64,000 nt of DNA from Aplysia californica. Its lineage: Eukaryota. Shown here piece after piece: positions 26,752-41,100 of this stretch. Both the position numbers and the translations under genes were made by a program. The stretch lies in contig NW_004797335.1 in assembly GCF_000002075.1 (NCBI RefSeq), positions 47,869 through 111,868 on the forward strand, in the 5' to 3' direction. The notes beneath the pieces were generated by a model. The model was not told the DNA's origin. It made no database searches and saw nothing but the letters and a program-made list of their open reading frames with translations. Every line of letters starts with the position of its first letter. Within the stretch, counting starts at the first letter, position 1.

Positions 26752-26937
26752 AGTACCTTCAAACCTGTTCAAGACAACCATCTATTGTCAAAGAGAAAGT
26801 TGCCATTTTACACAGGTGGTCTTTTTGAAAACGGTCGTTCCTAAATAGAAAAAGAACGCAAGGGGGGAAGTGGCAAGTAGCCATTTTGTATAGGTGAATG
26901 TCTTGGACAGGCAGTTGTTAGAGCAGGTTCGACTGTA
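26752..26937. mobile_element. short Tc1/mariner-type MITE family (end caggttcgactgTA)
   Basis: related copies or fragments at 42741-42932, 23190-23260, 22113-22168, 21227-21270. Confidence 0.6.
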
Positions 26938-27408
26938 TTCCTATTGGCACGGAGAAAATTTAGTTTTGCTATTACTCTCTCACAACTCGTAGATAGTTCC
27001 TCTATATAACTGGTTTGGCATTTTTGATGTCGTCACAACTTGATGGAAATGGGGACAAAATTGACGTCTCAATCACGTACTTGCATAAGCGACATTTTGC
27101 TAATTATTCAGGAGAGCAGTTTGAGATTTTTGGTAACACTGCAAAATGATGGATATGCTAGTTTGAAAAACATTAACAACTCTGTAACGGCTAATGGTAT
27201 CGATACCAGAATTCTAGAGGCGATAGAGTATAGGTTAAGGACTTGCCTGATGATTCTAACTTGATTTGGCCCAAAATGTCGCCTACGCTCGTACGTATCA
27301 TGGACGACGAAATGTTCTCTTGAATTATTTTCCTGGAAAATGTGGACTTTTTAAGGCGCAGACCCACAATATTTTCAGTAAATTGTTAAAGAGCTTTGTC
27401 ATTTTGAC

Positions 27409-27431
27409 AATAAATGCATCTTGTAAATAAA
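27409..27431 (+). terminator. tandem polyadenylation signals of the plus gene
   Basis: two AATAAA hexamers, downstream tgttttgttttg. Confidence 0.55.
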
Positions 27432-28032
27432 TTCATGTTTTGTTTTGATCTATGGTTAGATGATATGAGATGGTGAAAATGGCGAAATGGTATAGGTGTA
27501 ACGCCCCTATCAACGCATTTAGTACTTTTACTACTAGTACTAGGCTACTTAAGAGGTGGGACCTCCAGAGTGTAATGTTCATCTCCAAAAAGACCAAGCC
27601 AAATGGGAAATTTATATAAAATTGCTTTTACCAAGGACACCACATCAGTCCAAGTTGAGTCTCAAACCCCCCGAATGTGCAATCTCGCGATTATTGATCC
27701 AGTGGCATAACCACTAGGCTACCTACACCACATGATATAAGATAAACACGGGCATAATTTTTAAGTAAGAGTTTTATAGCACTTGCAACACAATTAGGTC
27801 ATAGAAGTAACGAAGATTAAAGATGTTACAAGAGAGTAACAAACGTTTGATAGGAAAAAAGGAACAAACCACACCAGAGCACCCGCCAACCACCCACTCA
27901 ACAGGAGGCAGACATTCAACCAGGGTGTACTTCCGACACCATCTATCAATCGCCTGCATTTTCAAAGATTTTAAGCTGAGAAAATTAAACAAAACCAAGC
28001 AAAAACAAATTAAAGAGTTCATAGGAATGGGC

Positions 28033-28038
28033 TTTATT
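28033..28038 (-). terminator. candidate polyA signal of the receptor gene
   Basis: AATAAA on minus followed by a T/GT-rich tract; ends a long exon-free, minus-T-rich stretch. Confidence 0.4.
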
Positions 28039-28103
28039 GGAATGATAAGCAAAGGCACAGTAAAGTGTTAAAAAAAAAAAAGAAAGAGATCTTGGACATA
28101 TTA

Positions 28104-28396
28104 TATACTACTGCATAGTCTGAAGTTTCAACACTTAAGTAATGGTTGATGAGTAATCCACACATTTCCATCTCTCCACAGTCACAAAGCAAAAATCTTG
28201 AAATAGAAGTAGAGTGAACGGTCTAATTACAAGAACGTGTTTGTTAGATCAAGATACTACTACTGCATAGTCACAAGTTTCATCATTATTATACGACTGA
28301 TGAGACATCCACACATTTCCGTCTCTCTCTACAGCCACAAAGCAAGTCTTGAGATAAGAGTCAAGTAAATGGTCTATTTACAAGAGTGTTTTGTCT
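28104..28396. repeat. ~150-bp tandem duplication
   Basis: atactactgcatagtc...tccacacatttcc...cacaaagcaa...ggtcta present twice. Confidence 0.8.
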
Positions 28397-31300
28397 TCTT
28401 TCTACTGGTTATAAAGAGTCACGATAAATCAACAGAACTTTTAACATTGACACAAGAACATCTGCAAATAAATGTACATTTGACTTTAACAGCGTAATAT
28501 AAATATGGAGCTACAGGTAAAAAAAACCAAATATTTTCAAATTTAAAAAATAAGTCCCATGAAAAAAAGGCTGTCTCTGTCCAGTGCAGAGACTGACCTG
28601 TCACCAATAAAGAAGGAATCTTTCAGCATTACATGGGCCAGTCAAAACAAAAAACAAAAAAAACAATTAAAACCCTCCATCATTTTGAGTTTGTGAAGCA
28701 CATGGCCACATTAGGGAAAGTAGAATACAAGATATACAGACAAAAACAAATGAATGTTAAAAAAAAAGTAGTAGGGCCTCCCTGTGATGATGTCCTCCAA
28801 CCACCCACAAGAATATTTAGTAAATGCAAAGATAATATCAAAACTTTGTTGAAAAGGTAAAACATATTCATACAAAAATACAAGTGTTTTTAATAAATTT
28901 TTATGAACAGGTACTCTATAAATTTGCTGATTGTTCACTTAGAAAATAAAACTTCTCCCACATGTATTACGAAGTATGATCAGTCAGAGGGAAACGAAAT
29001 AAGACGATGATTGTAAAAACAAAAGATTCAAAGTTTACGAGTTTCCTGTCACAAATTAATGTGAGGTATACTCGTACATTAAATCTTATAGAGAGAAATG
29101 AGTATGTTGACATAAAAATGAGCACAGTGATTTTTTTGTGTTTGTGAAGTTTCAGGTCAAACAAGACACAATGCATCCACGTCAAAGGCACAGAATTGAC
29201 TCCCAGTCAAGATATAAGACAGAAAGTAGAAATTTTCTCAGACGGAAAATGGGAAAAACTGATCATGACATAAAATATCTCCTCCCCCGTCCCCATCTGT
29301 AACCACAGCAACTACTAGCAATGCTGCCATAAGCTGACAAGACGCCTTTCTTTTATATACAGCTGTTTCGAGATAAGAAGTTTTTTTGTCAGTGTAACCA
29401 TTTAAAAAAGGGCATCCTACTGAAATCGGAATTCTAATTTATTCAAAAGCTAGTCACATTTTCAGTTTTCCAACGACATGACCACATATTACTCGGAAAC
29501 AACAAGAAGACTGGGAGAAATGAAGTACTGGTACGGAGTTAAAGATGGCAGGGAAGAAAAGAGAAACTACAACTACAAGAAATGTTCACATGATTTGTAA
29601 ATTGTTGCCTGAGTGCAACAAACCTGTAACCCACACTATGTCAAAAAATACATTTTTTGCTTTTTTCTACTCAAAGTAATGATTCGGATTTTGTGCCAAA
29701 TTTTTAGACATGTAACTCAATAAACATCGCCAGTGCAAAATTCCTACTTTAATTTTTAACAAACATTGTTAGATGAAATGACAAAGTTTTTTTCCTTTCT
29801 CCCTTTAAAATTTTGTTTTTGTGTAAAACAGGGTTGTTGTACTTGGGCGACGATACTGCCATATCACAAGAAGCATCATTGTAAATGTATCTGAGAGAAA
29901 CCAAGTGAACCATGATGTACAGACTCCAGAACAGTCAAAACAAATTCTATTTGTATTTTTTGTAAACACTAAAATTAAACACCAAATGCGTCAGACAGCA
30001 GTAAAGGGCAGTGTTCAAAAAGTATTTTGCTTTTGTAAGCGTTTTATGTATACAGCACTTGCAACACAATAAGGTCATATATAAGTGCCGAAGATTAGAG
30101 ATGTTACAAGAGAGTAACAAAGACCAAAAAAAATGAAGAGAGATAAGGACGACAGATGTCTGATGGGGAAGAAGGAGAAGACCACACCAGAGCACCCATC
30201 AACCACCCACTCAAAAAGTGCACACGACAAGAACAGGAATTTAGCCTGCTCCACACATTAAATTGATGGAAACAGAGGTCAGCATTCAATAGGTAGGCCA
30301 ATCTCTGTCCTCCTTATCGATGAAACGGCAGCTGCACCAGTAGAACACACACCTGGCACAACACACTCCCAGCTGGGAGAAAATTTAATACTTGGCCAGA
30401 CCCTCAGAAAGAGATCAATCTGGACACCAACTTGGACTCATAATTCTGCACGATGGCCGAGTTTGTAAACAGTTCCAGGCACATGGATTAGAAACAGAAC
30501 ACCTTTCAAATATTTGTTTTTTTAAATGGTGACACAACCAGTGAATATATTGATCAAATAAGATCAAATTGCCTTTTTATAAAAGATGTAGCCTATACCG
30601 TACACTGAGGTAAACTTCATAAAAACTTTTAAAAGCGAAGGAAATGTACACTAACATGCCTTGTCCATAAAATATTCAGATTCACAACGCTAACATAGAG
30701 GAATAAATTTTTCTTACAACTGGCTTTCAGCTGTTCTCATTAAGCAATCATATACTGATGACCCAAAAAAACTTGCATAGAGAGCTATACATACATGTGC
30801 CAAAAGGTCACTCTAAATATAACAAAAACACATCAGTCTTCAAGAGGACACAACCTGGGCCACATGTAAATCATACATATCAAAAGTTTTCGTTATAAAA
30901 GTCATGTGTATAGACAAAAGATGATAAATAGTCAAAAGGTGATAACCGTTTGATGTAAGTTTTTAAAATTATTTAATACTCTCACTCTCCACTTCCCCAG
31001 CTCTCTCTCGCTCTCTATCCCCTCTTCCCTCCCCCCCCCCCCCCCAAACCAACCTCTTCCAAATACCAATCAAGCCATCTCTCAATATAATTCGAATCGG
31101 GATGAAGACCCATCCAACCTGCTGAAAAAATGACATTTACTTGAACTTTACCGAATCTTTCTCTCAGGCCTACACACACCGTATTACGATTGAGCTTACT
31201 GAACGCCTTGCCTACCTATCTGTAAATTCTTCTAGACTACTCACATCTTCTCATTCTCGGCATCATTGATCGATTTACTTGGCTATCTACCAATTCATCT

Positions 31301-34300
31301 ACAACCTCGCACACAAAACACACACAAATACACACAAATACACACACTACTCCTTCTAATCTAACTCTTGAGCTTATCGATTGATTGGCCTACTTACCTA
31401 CGAATACTTTTACAAGACTACACACACGTTCTTATTTCTGAGTTAACTGATTGATTCACCAAGTTATCTAACATATACCTACCACTACTGTATATAATAT
31501 TATTTATAATGCATGAACAAGTACAAGGGAGATAGGACGGGGCACTCTGGCCATGTGAAATAGTTGGCAAGTAGAAGTGTCAATATAAGAGTCTTCTTGT
31601 GCCTATTTGGAAGCTGACATTGCTTTAGTCCGTGTTTGTGTGTATGTGTGTGTGTCTGTATGAGTGTGTGTGCGTGTATTTCTATGTGTGTGTGTGTGTG
31701 TGTCTGTATGAGTGTGTGTGCGTGTATTTTTATGTGTGTTTGTGTGTAAGTGTGTGTGTGAGTCTGTTTATGAGNNNNNNNNNNNNNNNNNNNNNNNNNN
31801 NNNNNNNNNNNNNNNNNNNNNNNNNNNNNNNNNNNNNNNNNNNNNNNNNNNNNNNNNNNNNNNNNNNNNNNNNNNNNNNNNNNNNNNNNNNNNNNNNNNN
31901 NNNNNNNNNNNNAAAAACTAATGAATGTTGTCTTTCATTTAGATAAAATCCCCAAACCACAACTACATTGACTTTTTTCCAAATTTAAATGAGTTATGAG
32001 TATCATTTTCATTTCCACCATCCATGTTTCTTTTTGTAATGTTAAATACAGTGAAAGTAAATCAACTTTCTACTTCCAATTTATCCAACTCACTTGGCAC
32101 TTACTAGCACATCACCTGCACTACAACCTGACAGTGAAAAAGGCACTATAAAATCACAATGGCTTTGTTAAACTTTGAAACGACAATACACAGTTTATCT
32201 ACGCAGGAGATGACTTTCTTTGCCATTGACAACGCATAACAACAAGTGATATCGTACAATAAAATAGCTTCAACATATACACTGTATAAATGTAATTATG
32301 GACATTAGAAAAAATTTTGCAATAACATCTAAACTTTGTCTTTATTACATTACTGATTCAAAAGAAATTGAAGCTAAGTCTACACTTTTGCTACGCCAAG
32401 CAACATGAGAAATTTTGTGTGAGAGTTTCGTAAGTGAACTCTATCATGCTCATTTATCTCAAATAAAAATCAGACAGCTATGGAATGTGGCATCACAACA
32501 CAATTTCATTCACAACCTGTCATCGGAATGTCAACCATCTCAAGAGAAGGAAAAGCCTTGTACAGAAGAACAACCGAAAGGATCAGAAATGGAGACTTAC
32601 ACGACTAAGTACATGCACTAGTGCTATTTACAACTGAATACCCTGCACAAACAGGTCACAAATCATGTCATCGGAGTCGCAAGCAATCCACTTAAGTCCG
32701 TTTGGGTACTTTTTACATTACAGACAAAGAAAATTAGTTTTTGTTGTGTTGTTCATATCAGGAATCATAAAACGTAAGAAAATTGTAAGCCTTGGTTATA
32801 GCATTTTGATCATGTTGAAAGGCGCATTTTTGATAGATCTTGGAAGGGTGTAAATATTTAAAATTCTGAAAACTTGGACATAAGTGGATTGATTGCAACA
32901 GAAATGATATGGACAAAACAAGACACTTGGAAGCCCTTCAAAAGTTTAAATTTGCTATTACTGTTTCCCGAGTACTGGAGTAAATATAAGTACGATACTT
33001 GCTTATGAAATATGCAATAACATGTGGAGACAAATAACTCAGGTGGATGACAACTTTCAGCATAATATACAAGAAAATTTCTGTGAGATTTTTAGAGAAT
33101 TCCGACTGTGACTGACACTTTGACAGAGTTAAGTTTTCCACCTTCAGCTAATATATTATCTCAACCACGTATTACAAGTTGCTCCTCCCCACTAAAGAAT
33201 TTTACTGCAATCCAAGAAGTTGGCATATTTCATCTTTATAATAATAGCAATTATTTTAATAGCGACCATAATAATGATAATGATAATAATAATAATTATT
33301 ACAATAATAATATTAATATATGAGGCACAACGCAGTGGAATCAGGCTCTCGTCAATTTTAGGGCATACGGAGTTGATGGTATCATCTTAAGGCAAGTCCA
33401 TTTTCCTCGTTTTGGGTGAAAATAATATCCATCTATGTTGAATAGAATTCGAGATATGTGTGATTGAAGGAGATGAGGGTCATCTGGTTTCAGAGGTAAA
33501 ATTAGCTAGAAGAAGCCCGCAAAAGTTGAGTTATTTCTTTAGCTTGAGAGTCCGTGGAAACTGAAAATTTACATTTCTTCTGCCTTTAATCAACGTTTTT
33601 CAGTAAAATACACACAGAAATGTGCTCTATAATGGGCATGAAAGTCAAAAAACAAACCTTCGGGAAAAAATTCACAAACCTGTGGGAAAATGCCAATTTC
33701 TTGACTTTAATTATTTTGGCGAGCGCTTGATTTCACCACGCTGCCTCATATATTGTATTTATACTATGCATATCACTACCAGAATGGAGGCTCTAAGCCC
33801 TTTAGAAATCTATCATGACCAACGCAAAAGATCCTACAGCATTCCAAACATTCTCAGATCTCCAGGAAGACTATGTCTTCTACTTCTTCTTTTCTTTCCT
33901 TCTCTCACTTGCCCCTCACATGGACACTGGTGGCCACCTAATCTTTCAAGCCAATCCTGCTTATTGCCAACATAATACATTTCAATGTAATCGTATTTGA
34001 GGAAGTTTCATGTCTCCATCGAAACTATTTAGATAATTGAGGAGGAAGGCTGCCTTGACCCTTTTTAAAAAGAGTTTTAAGGCACTTGCAATACAATAAG
34101 ATCACATAAGTGCCAAAGATTAGAGGTGTTACAAGAGAGTAACAAAAGCAAAAAAGAAGGAGAGGAGATAAGGACGACAGATGTTAGATAGGAAAGAAGG
34201 AACAAACCTCACCAAAGCAACCGCCAACCACCCATGTTTTGAACCTGCCAGTCAGCCCCGACCTAGGCTGAGAGGGACACAAACACATGTCAAAAACGTC

Positions 34301-37300
34301 TCAAATTGCAAAACATGAAAAAGACTATGAAAAGTGAAAAATCTTCACTACACATAATAGATATTGGCCACTACAGTACAAAATGTGCTCAATACATTTT
34401 CTTGAAGCTATACAAAATGACTTAGTACAAACAACTTTTTCCATTACATCAGGTAATACCTTCCATGCTGAGCCTGTTTTAAATGGCACAAGAACCTCTA
34501 TCTGAACAAAATAAAAAAAGAGCAATATTAACTACAACGTAGACACATAATACTTCCAGTGACGACAGACAAGCCACATCAGGTCTCAAAGAGACCTTAT
34601 ATTAGCTTATGCAGTTGCGAGTGTCGTAAAACTTTAATCAAATCAAAACAAACAAAGCCTGAAGCGACAACAAAAAATGAGAGTTGCAATTTGTGGAAGG
34701 AGAAGAACATCTCAAAAGACAAAATGACACTCTTATCTCTGTAACTTAGTTTTAGTAAGAGTTTTCAGGCACTTGCAACACAATTATGCCATAAAAGTTC
34801 TGAAGATAAAAGGTGTTACTTGGGAGCAGCTTTCAGCTGATTTTGCACAAAACAAGATCTTAAGACAGCAAACAGAAACAATAAAAATGTTAAAATCAGG
34901 AACCACATATCTTTTTCAAAACAATTACTTTGGCTTGACTAGTATTCTAACAACTAATCAAATAAACGCAACATAAGATGCCAAACTAGGATCATGATCA
35001 CAATAACAACACATCAATAAAAACATATATCAGCAGCCATACACAATCCCATACACATGTACTGACCTTCACAAATTTTGCAGTCAAACTGGTTTATAGC
35101 TCTATCAAAATTTATCTTTGTAAAAATAAATTCACAAATTCAGAAAATACAGAATACAAAATCCGTAAACACCACTGCAAAAATTTTTTTTTTAATTGAG
35201 ATATATTATCTGTGATGGAAACCAAAAAAAAAAAAAAAAGAAAGGAAACTTGCCTGTGCCACAAAGCCCAAAAGCCAAATGTCAAATGTGGGGTAAGGAA
35301 AAAATGCAGCCAACTGGACATCGACAATTTGAGGCTATTGTTTGAGTAAAGAGATCCATATCAATATAATGACAGTCATTTAGTTCTGAGAAAAGGCAAG
35401 GCAAACCACCAATAAGAAAGATAAAGAAGTATGACCTACCAGTGGCGCTCACCAACCATCTCCTCATTATAGGCTGAATAAATACACCCACAGTAAAACC
35501 TTGTTATAATGTACTCTCAGCTGTGACATTCACTTTCTAAATTTATGAAAACTATTATTTTTACTCATCAAAAGCTACCTTCTAAAATGTACCTACATGA
35601 AACGTATTTTTGCTGCAACGTTAATTTTTAAAAAAACTTAGTGATTAAAAGTCTGTTCACAACATATGGAGTACATTGTGAGAATAAAACAAAGAAAGGA
35701 AAAGCCATAGTTTTTCCTGTTGTCGTTTTGCCATCAGTGAATGTTTGCATTTCCCAGTCCCTCTCATCTCTCTGCCCCTCATACAAACAAATGTACAGGG
35801 ATTGAATAAGTGAATAAATATATATAACACTCAGTACCATTCCCTGTCACTGCCACTTTTTTTTTGCTTTTTAGCCAATACGTATCATGGCTAAGACGTT
35901 CAAGATCTTGAGTCCAAAGAGAGAATTGTAATGTTATACCAAGGTTTTACTGCAGAAGTATTCTTATATAAAATTGATATATATCACACATACATCTGAA
36001 GCACTTATCTGGTCCACTATTGAATGACTTCTGTGACATCTGGTCCACACACATAAAAAAATATCTTCCATAAAACCAAACTTCACAAGAAAGCTTCAAA
36101 AGGGAGCAAGGGGGGGGGGGATTGGTCCAAACTGACATAATATAATACATCATAATAATCTATAACATTTGTATGGTGTAAATTCCCACTGAGCAGCAAG
36201 CTCTGTGCACTGCACAACCTATATAGATTTAAAGATAAATCCTCCAAACACTTCAAACTTCAATAACATACGCTACAAAAGACAACATAAGTCAGTGTTT
36301 ACAAACATTATATCTTATGGCATTAAACAAAACGAACTGTCTGCTGATTAAACCAGGAGCACTACTGTGAGTGATTGCTCAGTATTCTATATCAGAGTGA
36401 CATAAAAGAAGCTCTATCACATTCTCCATGGCATAAAAAAGGCACATCAGCTCAAGTAAGGCACTTTTAGGTCTGCATCAATTCATTTATCACAAAAAGT
36501 GGACAGATCAGAACAAATCTGGTGATGGCAATGACTGACAAAAACAAGTGAGCTGCCTCAAGTACAAATGTGTTAAGTATTACCTTTGCTTCTTTCTTCT
36601 TTCTTTCGAATTGTGCAGTTGAGCTTTGCATGCTCTTTTGATAGTTTGTGCTCTGTATGGATGTGAGAAGTATTCAAGACCGAAAGCCCTTGGAAATCCA
36701 AGGAAAAAGAGAACCAGACCGACTGCAACAACATTCAAATTTGACACTGCTGACGCAGTAAGCATAGATCGACATGAACAGAGTCACTGAGGGTCTGCAC
36801 AAGGAGTCCTTCAGACGAGAAAAGCATTGGGGTTTTCAGGAAGTTTTCTTCCCTGACCCAGGACAATGGAATCTTACTGACATTTATTTACAACAACTTT
36901 ACTAAACTTCTAAAAGCCACATTCACAATACATTAAAATCCCAGTCAACCTTTCCCACAAAAATTGTCAGTCAAGCTATCCTTATGCAGAGCAGACCCAT
37001 TTCACTTTTTGACTTAACACTGTAATCAGTCCCTGTCTTCCAAATACATTTTGTTTAACTGGTGACCCCGTTAGCATCATACCAGCATTTACCAGACTGC
37101 CTGGCAAATGGCAAACCTCTATGGTATCGCTGATCTATGAAGCAGAGCAGAGCTAGCTTTTACGACTGATTTCAGTTTCCATACTTTGTTTCAGTAGATA
37201 ATTCAGGTCTCACCATCTGAAATATTCCCCAGACAAGGAAAGCAGGGGCAATTTGACAGTTTATCCTTCCAAAAATTGAAGCATTGGAGTATTTTTCCGC

Positions 37301-37635
37301 CAGACATCTTCCCAATTAGCATCTTTTTAACTAACTGTGAGAGCAACCTTAAGCACACCCACCAAAACGTCTAGAATTCTATCTCTTGCAAGCGAAAAGC
37401 CTTAACATCACGACCACTTGCATAAGCCGGGCTTGTTCAGAAATACGGGAACAAAAAGTATGTACATTTCAAAACAGCCACGGCTTCAAAGGAGTGAAAC
37501 CTTCGTCATTTTTCGGAGCCACAAAAATTTAAAGAGAAATAGAATCCCCTAGCAAGGTCTCTAAAATTTCAGAATTATGGCATTCCCATTTTGAACTATA
37601 TCTAGGCCACCCTTACTTCCATGCCTCTCACCATT

Positions 37636-38112
37636 TCACACAGCAGTGCCAACAGATTCGTTTCCACCATACAGCATTGGCGGCTCTTTCTCTATGTGAC
37701 CATCAGCAACCACATCGTCAGCCCCACCATCTTTGTCTGCATCTGGAGTCTCGTCTGCCACCACCCCTCGATCCCCATCTCCCATCCCCTGATCTCCATC
37801 TCTCATCCCCTGATCTCCATCTTCCATCCCCTGATCTCCGTCCCGTACTCCCCCATCACCGTCAGCGTCCACACCCCGAGCGTCTGTGTTCAAATCCCCC
37901 TCAGCTTCAACCGCCTCTGCTGCAGCAGCCTCGACTTTCATCTTCTCGTTGAGGGCAGCCGTCTTGGCAAAGTCGATCTCCGAGTAGTCTGACTTGATCT
38001 CGCCTTCGACTTCTTTACCCTTGTTTTTCTCTTTCTTTGTCTTCTTCTTCTTTTTCTCTTCCGCCTGTGCATTGGGAAAGTCCACTGTCACGTACACCAA
38101 ACCGTCCGGATT
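37636..38112 (-). CDS. receptor last coding exon (NPDGLVYVTVDF...SDYSEIDF...GTAV*)
   Basis: tttcag| phase 0; ORF 37636..38157. Confidence 0.92.
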   Translation of the reverse strand, partial: NPDGLVYVTVDFPNAQAEEKKKKKTKKEKNKGKEVEGEIKSDYSEIDFAKTAALNEKMKVEAAAAEAVEAEGDLNTDARGVDADGDGGVRDGDQGMEDGDQGMRDGDQGMGDGDRGVVADETPDADKDGGADDVVADGHIEKEPPMLYGGNESVGTAV

Positions 38113-41100
38113 CTGAAAGTGAGAGTTGCTTGCTTGAGTACAAATAAGCACATTCACACATTAGTCATTTGGCATAGGGAAAAGGCAAGACGGACAGAAA
38201 TAACATAGAGAAAAAAAAAAAAGAAAAGAGACTTACAAGTGGCGCCCTCCTACCATCAGTTTAAAAAGAAAGGAACATAAAAAATTCCACCACAGCTTGC
38301 CCCTGATGTCAGAGCTAGTAGAGTGATAGAAATTACATCGGCGCTCACTGAGCTGGGAGGAAGATGGCCAACCCAATATCAAGTTTTCACGGAGAAAAAT
38401 TATCATTGCATTACCCGTCCTTTTCGGGGAGACTTTAAACCATTTCACAGAAAAGAAATAAGAGAAGAGCACTTCCCATGTCGCCCTTTTCCAGCTTGCA
38501 GAAAATATTTATGAACCATTTTCTCTTTTCAGTCTTCACAAAAGATCAGTCATTTTCACTAAACATTTACTTTTATATGATTTCACTATGAAAACTTGAA
38601 AAGAGGCACAAAATGTACAGCTGTCTTTTTACTGCTAAGTAAAAGAAAGTTAAACACTGCACAATTTTTTCGCACTCAAAGTAAAAAGGTTGCAAAGAAG
38701 AAAACTCACTTTCTTGGAATGTCAAAAATAATTCAGTAAAGATTGGGACACTGTTCTAAACTTAGTATATATAAGAACTTCGCGATACAATCATAAGGTG
38801 GCAGCATTTTCTGCTTTACCTAATACTCATCCTCCGGCATAACTTGCAGAAATCATTTTAAAATAAAAGAATTGAAAAAGTTCTACTACAAGCCTGCCCA
38901 ATGCTTGAAGCTCTTAGATAGAAGGAAATATTGGCCCAACAGTCAGCAGAGAGACCCAAAACTCTCTGGTGGGCTGGAGAACCTGCGGCGAACAGTAACC
39001 TTCGTTTGTTTTAGTAAGGTTTTACGCCGCTCACAACTGCATGAGGTCGTACGAGCGCCAAGGGGTGGATGTCAACAGGAAAGTCCAAATGAGGATTCAG
39101 GCTTACTCTGCTCACCTGTCTAGCCTCAACAGCACAAAGTCCGCTTCGACTATCAAGGCACCCCAGAAATAGCAGTGCAAAAGAGAGTGACAAACATACA
39201 ACAAAAAAAAGTAGAGGAAAATGATGATAGCAGGGATGAGGGAAAAAAAAGCAGCAGTTCCCCCTATGTTGTTCAGGCACAGTATAACCATGACATTGAT
39301 AAATCAGCCCATTTACAATTCTACAGCGCATAAGAACATGTGCTAATATCCCCCCTTTGGGAATGGCCTAAAGACAACTTCAGTCAGTGGCACCGCCCTG
39401 GTGGGCAACCTTCACATCAGAGACTGGGAGTTCCAGCGGCGGCGGTGGCGGGACGGAGGAGGAGAGGGGTGGAGGGGAGGAGGAGGGGAGGAGGAGGGGA
39501 GGAGGAGGGGAGGAGGAGGAGAAGGAGGAGGAGAAGAAGAAGAAAAAGATCTAAAACTATTCAAATAATTATTTTTAATCTACCAACAACACAAGAAAGA
39601 GCAGATTAAAAGAAACAAAGGAACAAATGAATAAAGGAATAAATGAACAAACAGACAAAGAAACAAAGAGCCAGGGAATATTACCACTTCGCGTCCAGCC
39701 TTGTTCTCTTCTTTCTCTCGGAGTCTGTTGTTGTTGATCACTCTGGCGTTGGCATAAATATGCTCTGAGGACATACACAATACACCAATTGACTTTTTAC
39801 TCCCATCGCAACCCATTTCAGGTATATATATATATATATCATTTCAGGTATATNNNNNNNNNNNNNNNNNNNNNNNNNNNNNNNNNNNNNNNNNNNNNNN
39901 NNNNNNNNNNNNNNNNNNNNNNNNNNNNNNNNNNNNNNNNNNNNNNNNNNNNNNNNNNNNNNNNNNNNNNNNNNNNNNNNNTCTCAGCTCCCATCCTTGT
40001 ACCATTTCAGTTTCTGCTCCCATCAACACAATTTAGGTCTTTCAGGAGGTGGGCTGCGTCGACTCTACCAATGTCATAGCTATCCCAGCTGAGAAGGATT
40101 CTACATCCCAGCATACAAACGGATGTACTCAAATAAAGAAAAAAAAATTCTCAACTCAGGCATCAAACTCACATCTTCTGCTTGCAGAGATGAAGAACCT
40201 AATCATACATTACAGATGCTGGTCATTTGTGTTTCTCCCCATTACAGAAATTACAATAGTATAATGGTCAAAACATAATTTGTTACACCCTTATTTTAAG
40301 ATTTCTAGTTACTGAAATTACAAAAATGGCCATTATTTTTTCTTCAATACAGCAGGGTTTGTTTAATGAACCCAAAACCCAGTTACTCTTAGAATTTTCA
40401 CTTTTGTCAATTCCAACAGTTGTTTCTCAGGTTAGCACTATTTTTCTTTACTTTTCTCAAAACAACCAAAAATGACTTTGGCAGTAGCAGACTTACCAAC
40501 TTTTTCAAAACTCAATCTGGGATCCCCTGTGTCACAACATCAGACTGATCAACACTGAACAAGATTAATCTAAGTGGGATTGGTTTTGATGCAGTGAATG
40601 TTTTTTTGTTGCTGTTTTGGCAAGAGTTTTACAGCACTCGCAACTGCATAAGGCCATACCAGGGTGCGGGACACATCAATCATTTTCAGTTTGGAAAGAA
40701 ATAATTTTGAATTTTGCCCGGGTGGCGGCCGAAGCCTAGTCTTATCGATTTTAAAACCACCTTAGGATCTTTAATGTGCGCAACTTGCACACGGGACCTC
40801 AGGATTTTTCGCCTTTATCCACGAGGGCTGGGAGTTGTGATCTTATCTATCCTAAGATCAGGGGTGCGACTGAAAGACAGCAGTAAGTAGGAGCCAAAGG
40901 AGGGATTAATGGGAAGGGGGTCAGAAAGTGAAGATGAAAGCAGAGAGCACGAAAGGAGGTGAAAGGAAAATTTTTTATTTTTTTTTAAACAAAATTTTCC
41001 ATTGCTGCTAAGATCCGAACTCGGGACCTGTTGAATGAGAGGCGAACACCATAACTTCTAGACCATGAGAGCCCCTTCTGCAGTTGTGGTATGACCTTGA

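Larger units (their letters stand above)
25012..27450 (+). other. plus-gene terminal exon: 1 coding nt + TGA, then ~2.4 kb 3'UTR
   Basis: ttctttttcag|ATGA; AATAAA at 27409 and 27426 followed by a GT/T-rich tract. Confidence 0.6.

Noticed and set aside
28295-28330. Hammerhead ribozyme at CTGATGAG (also minus strand near 2255-2280)
   Set aside because: No correctly placed GAAA core after a paired stem II.
37621-37992. Plus-strand ORFs over the receptor's last exon
   Set aside because: Antisense shadows of a repetitive, GC-rich coding exon.
39982-40088. AG-bounded segment as a receptor exon
   Set aside because: Stops in all frames, and the flanking exons already join in phase.
41005-41075. 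tRNA gene (also near 26500-26565 and 27650-27725)
   Set aside because: A/B boxes only, with no complete cloverleaf, attached to SINE bodies.
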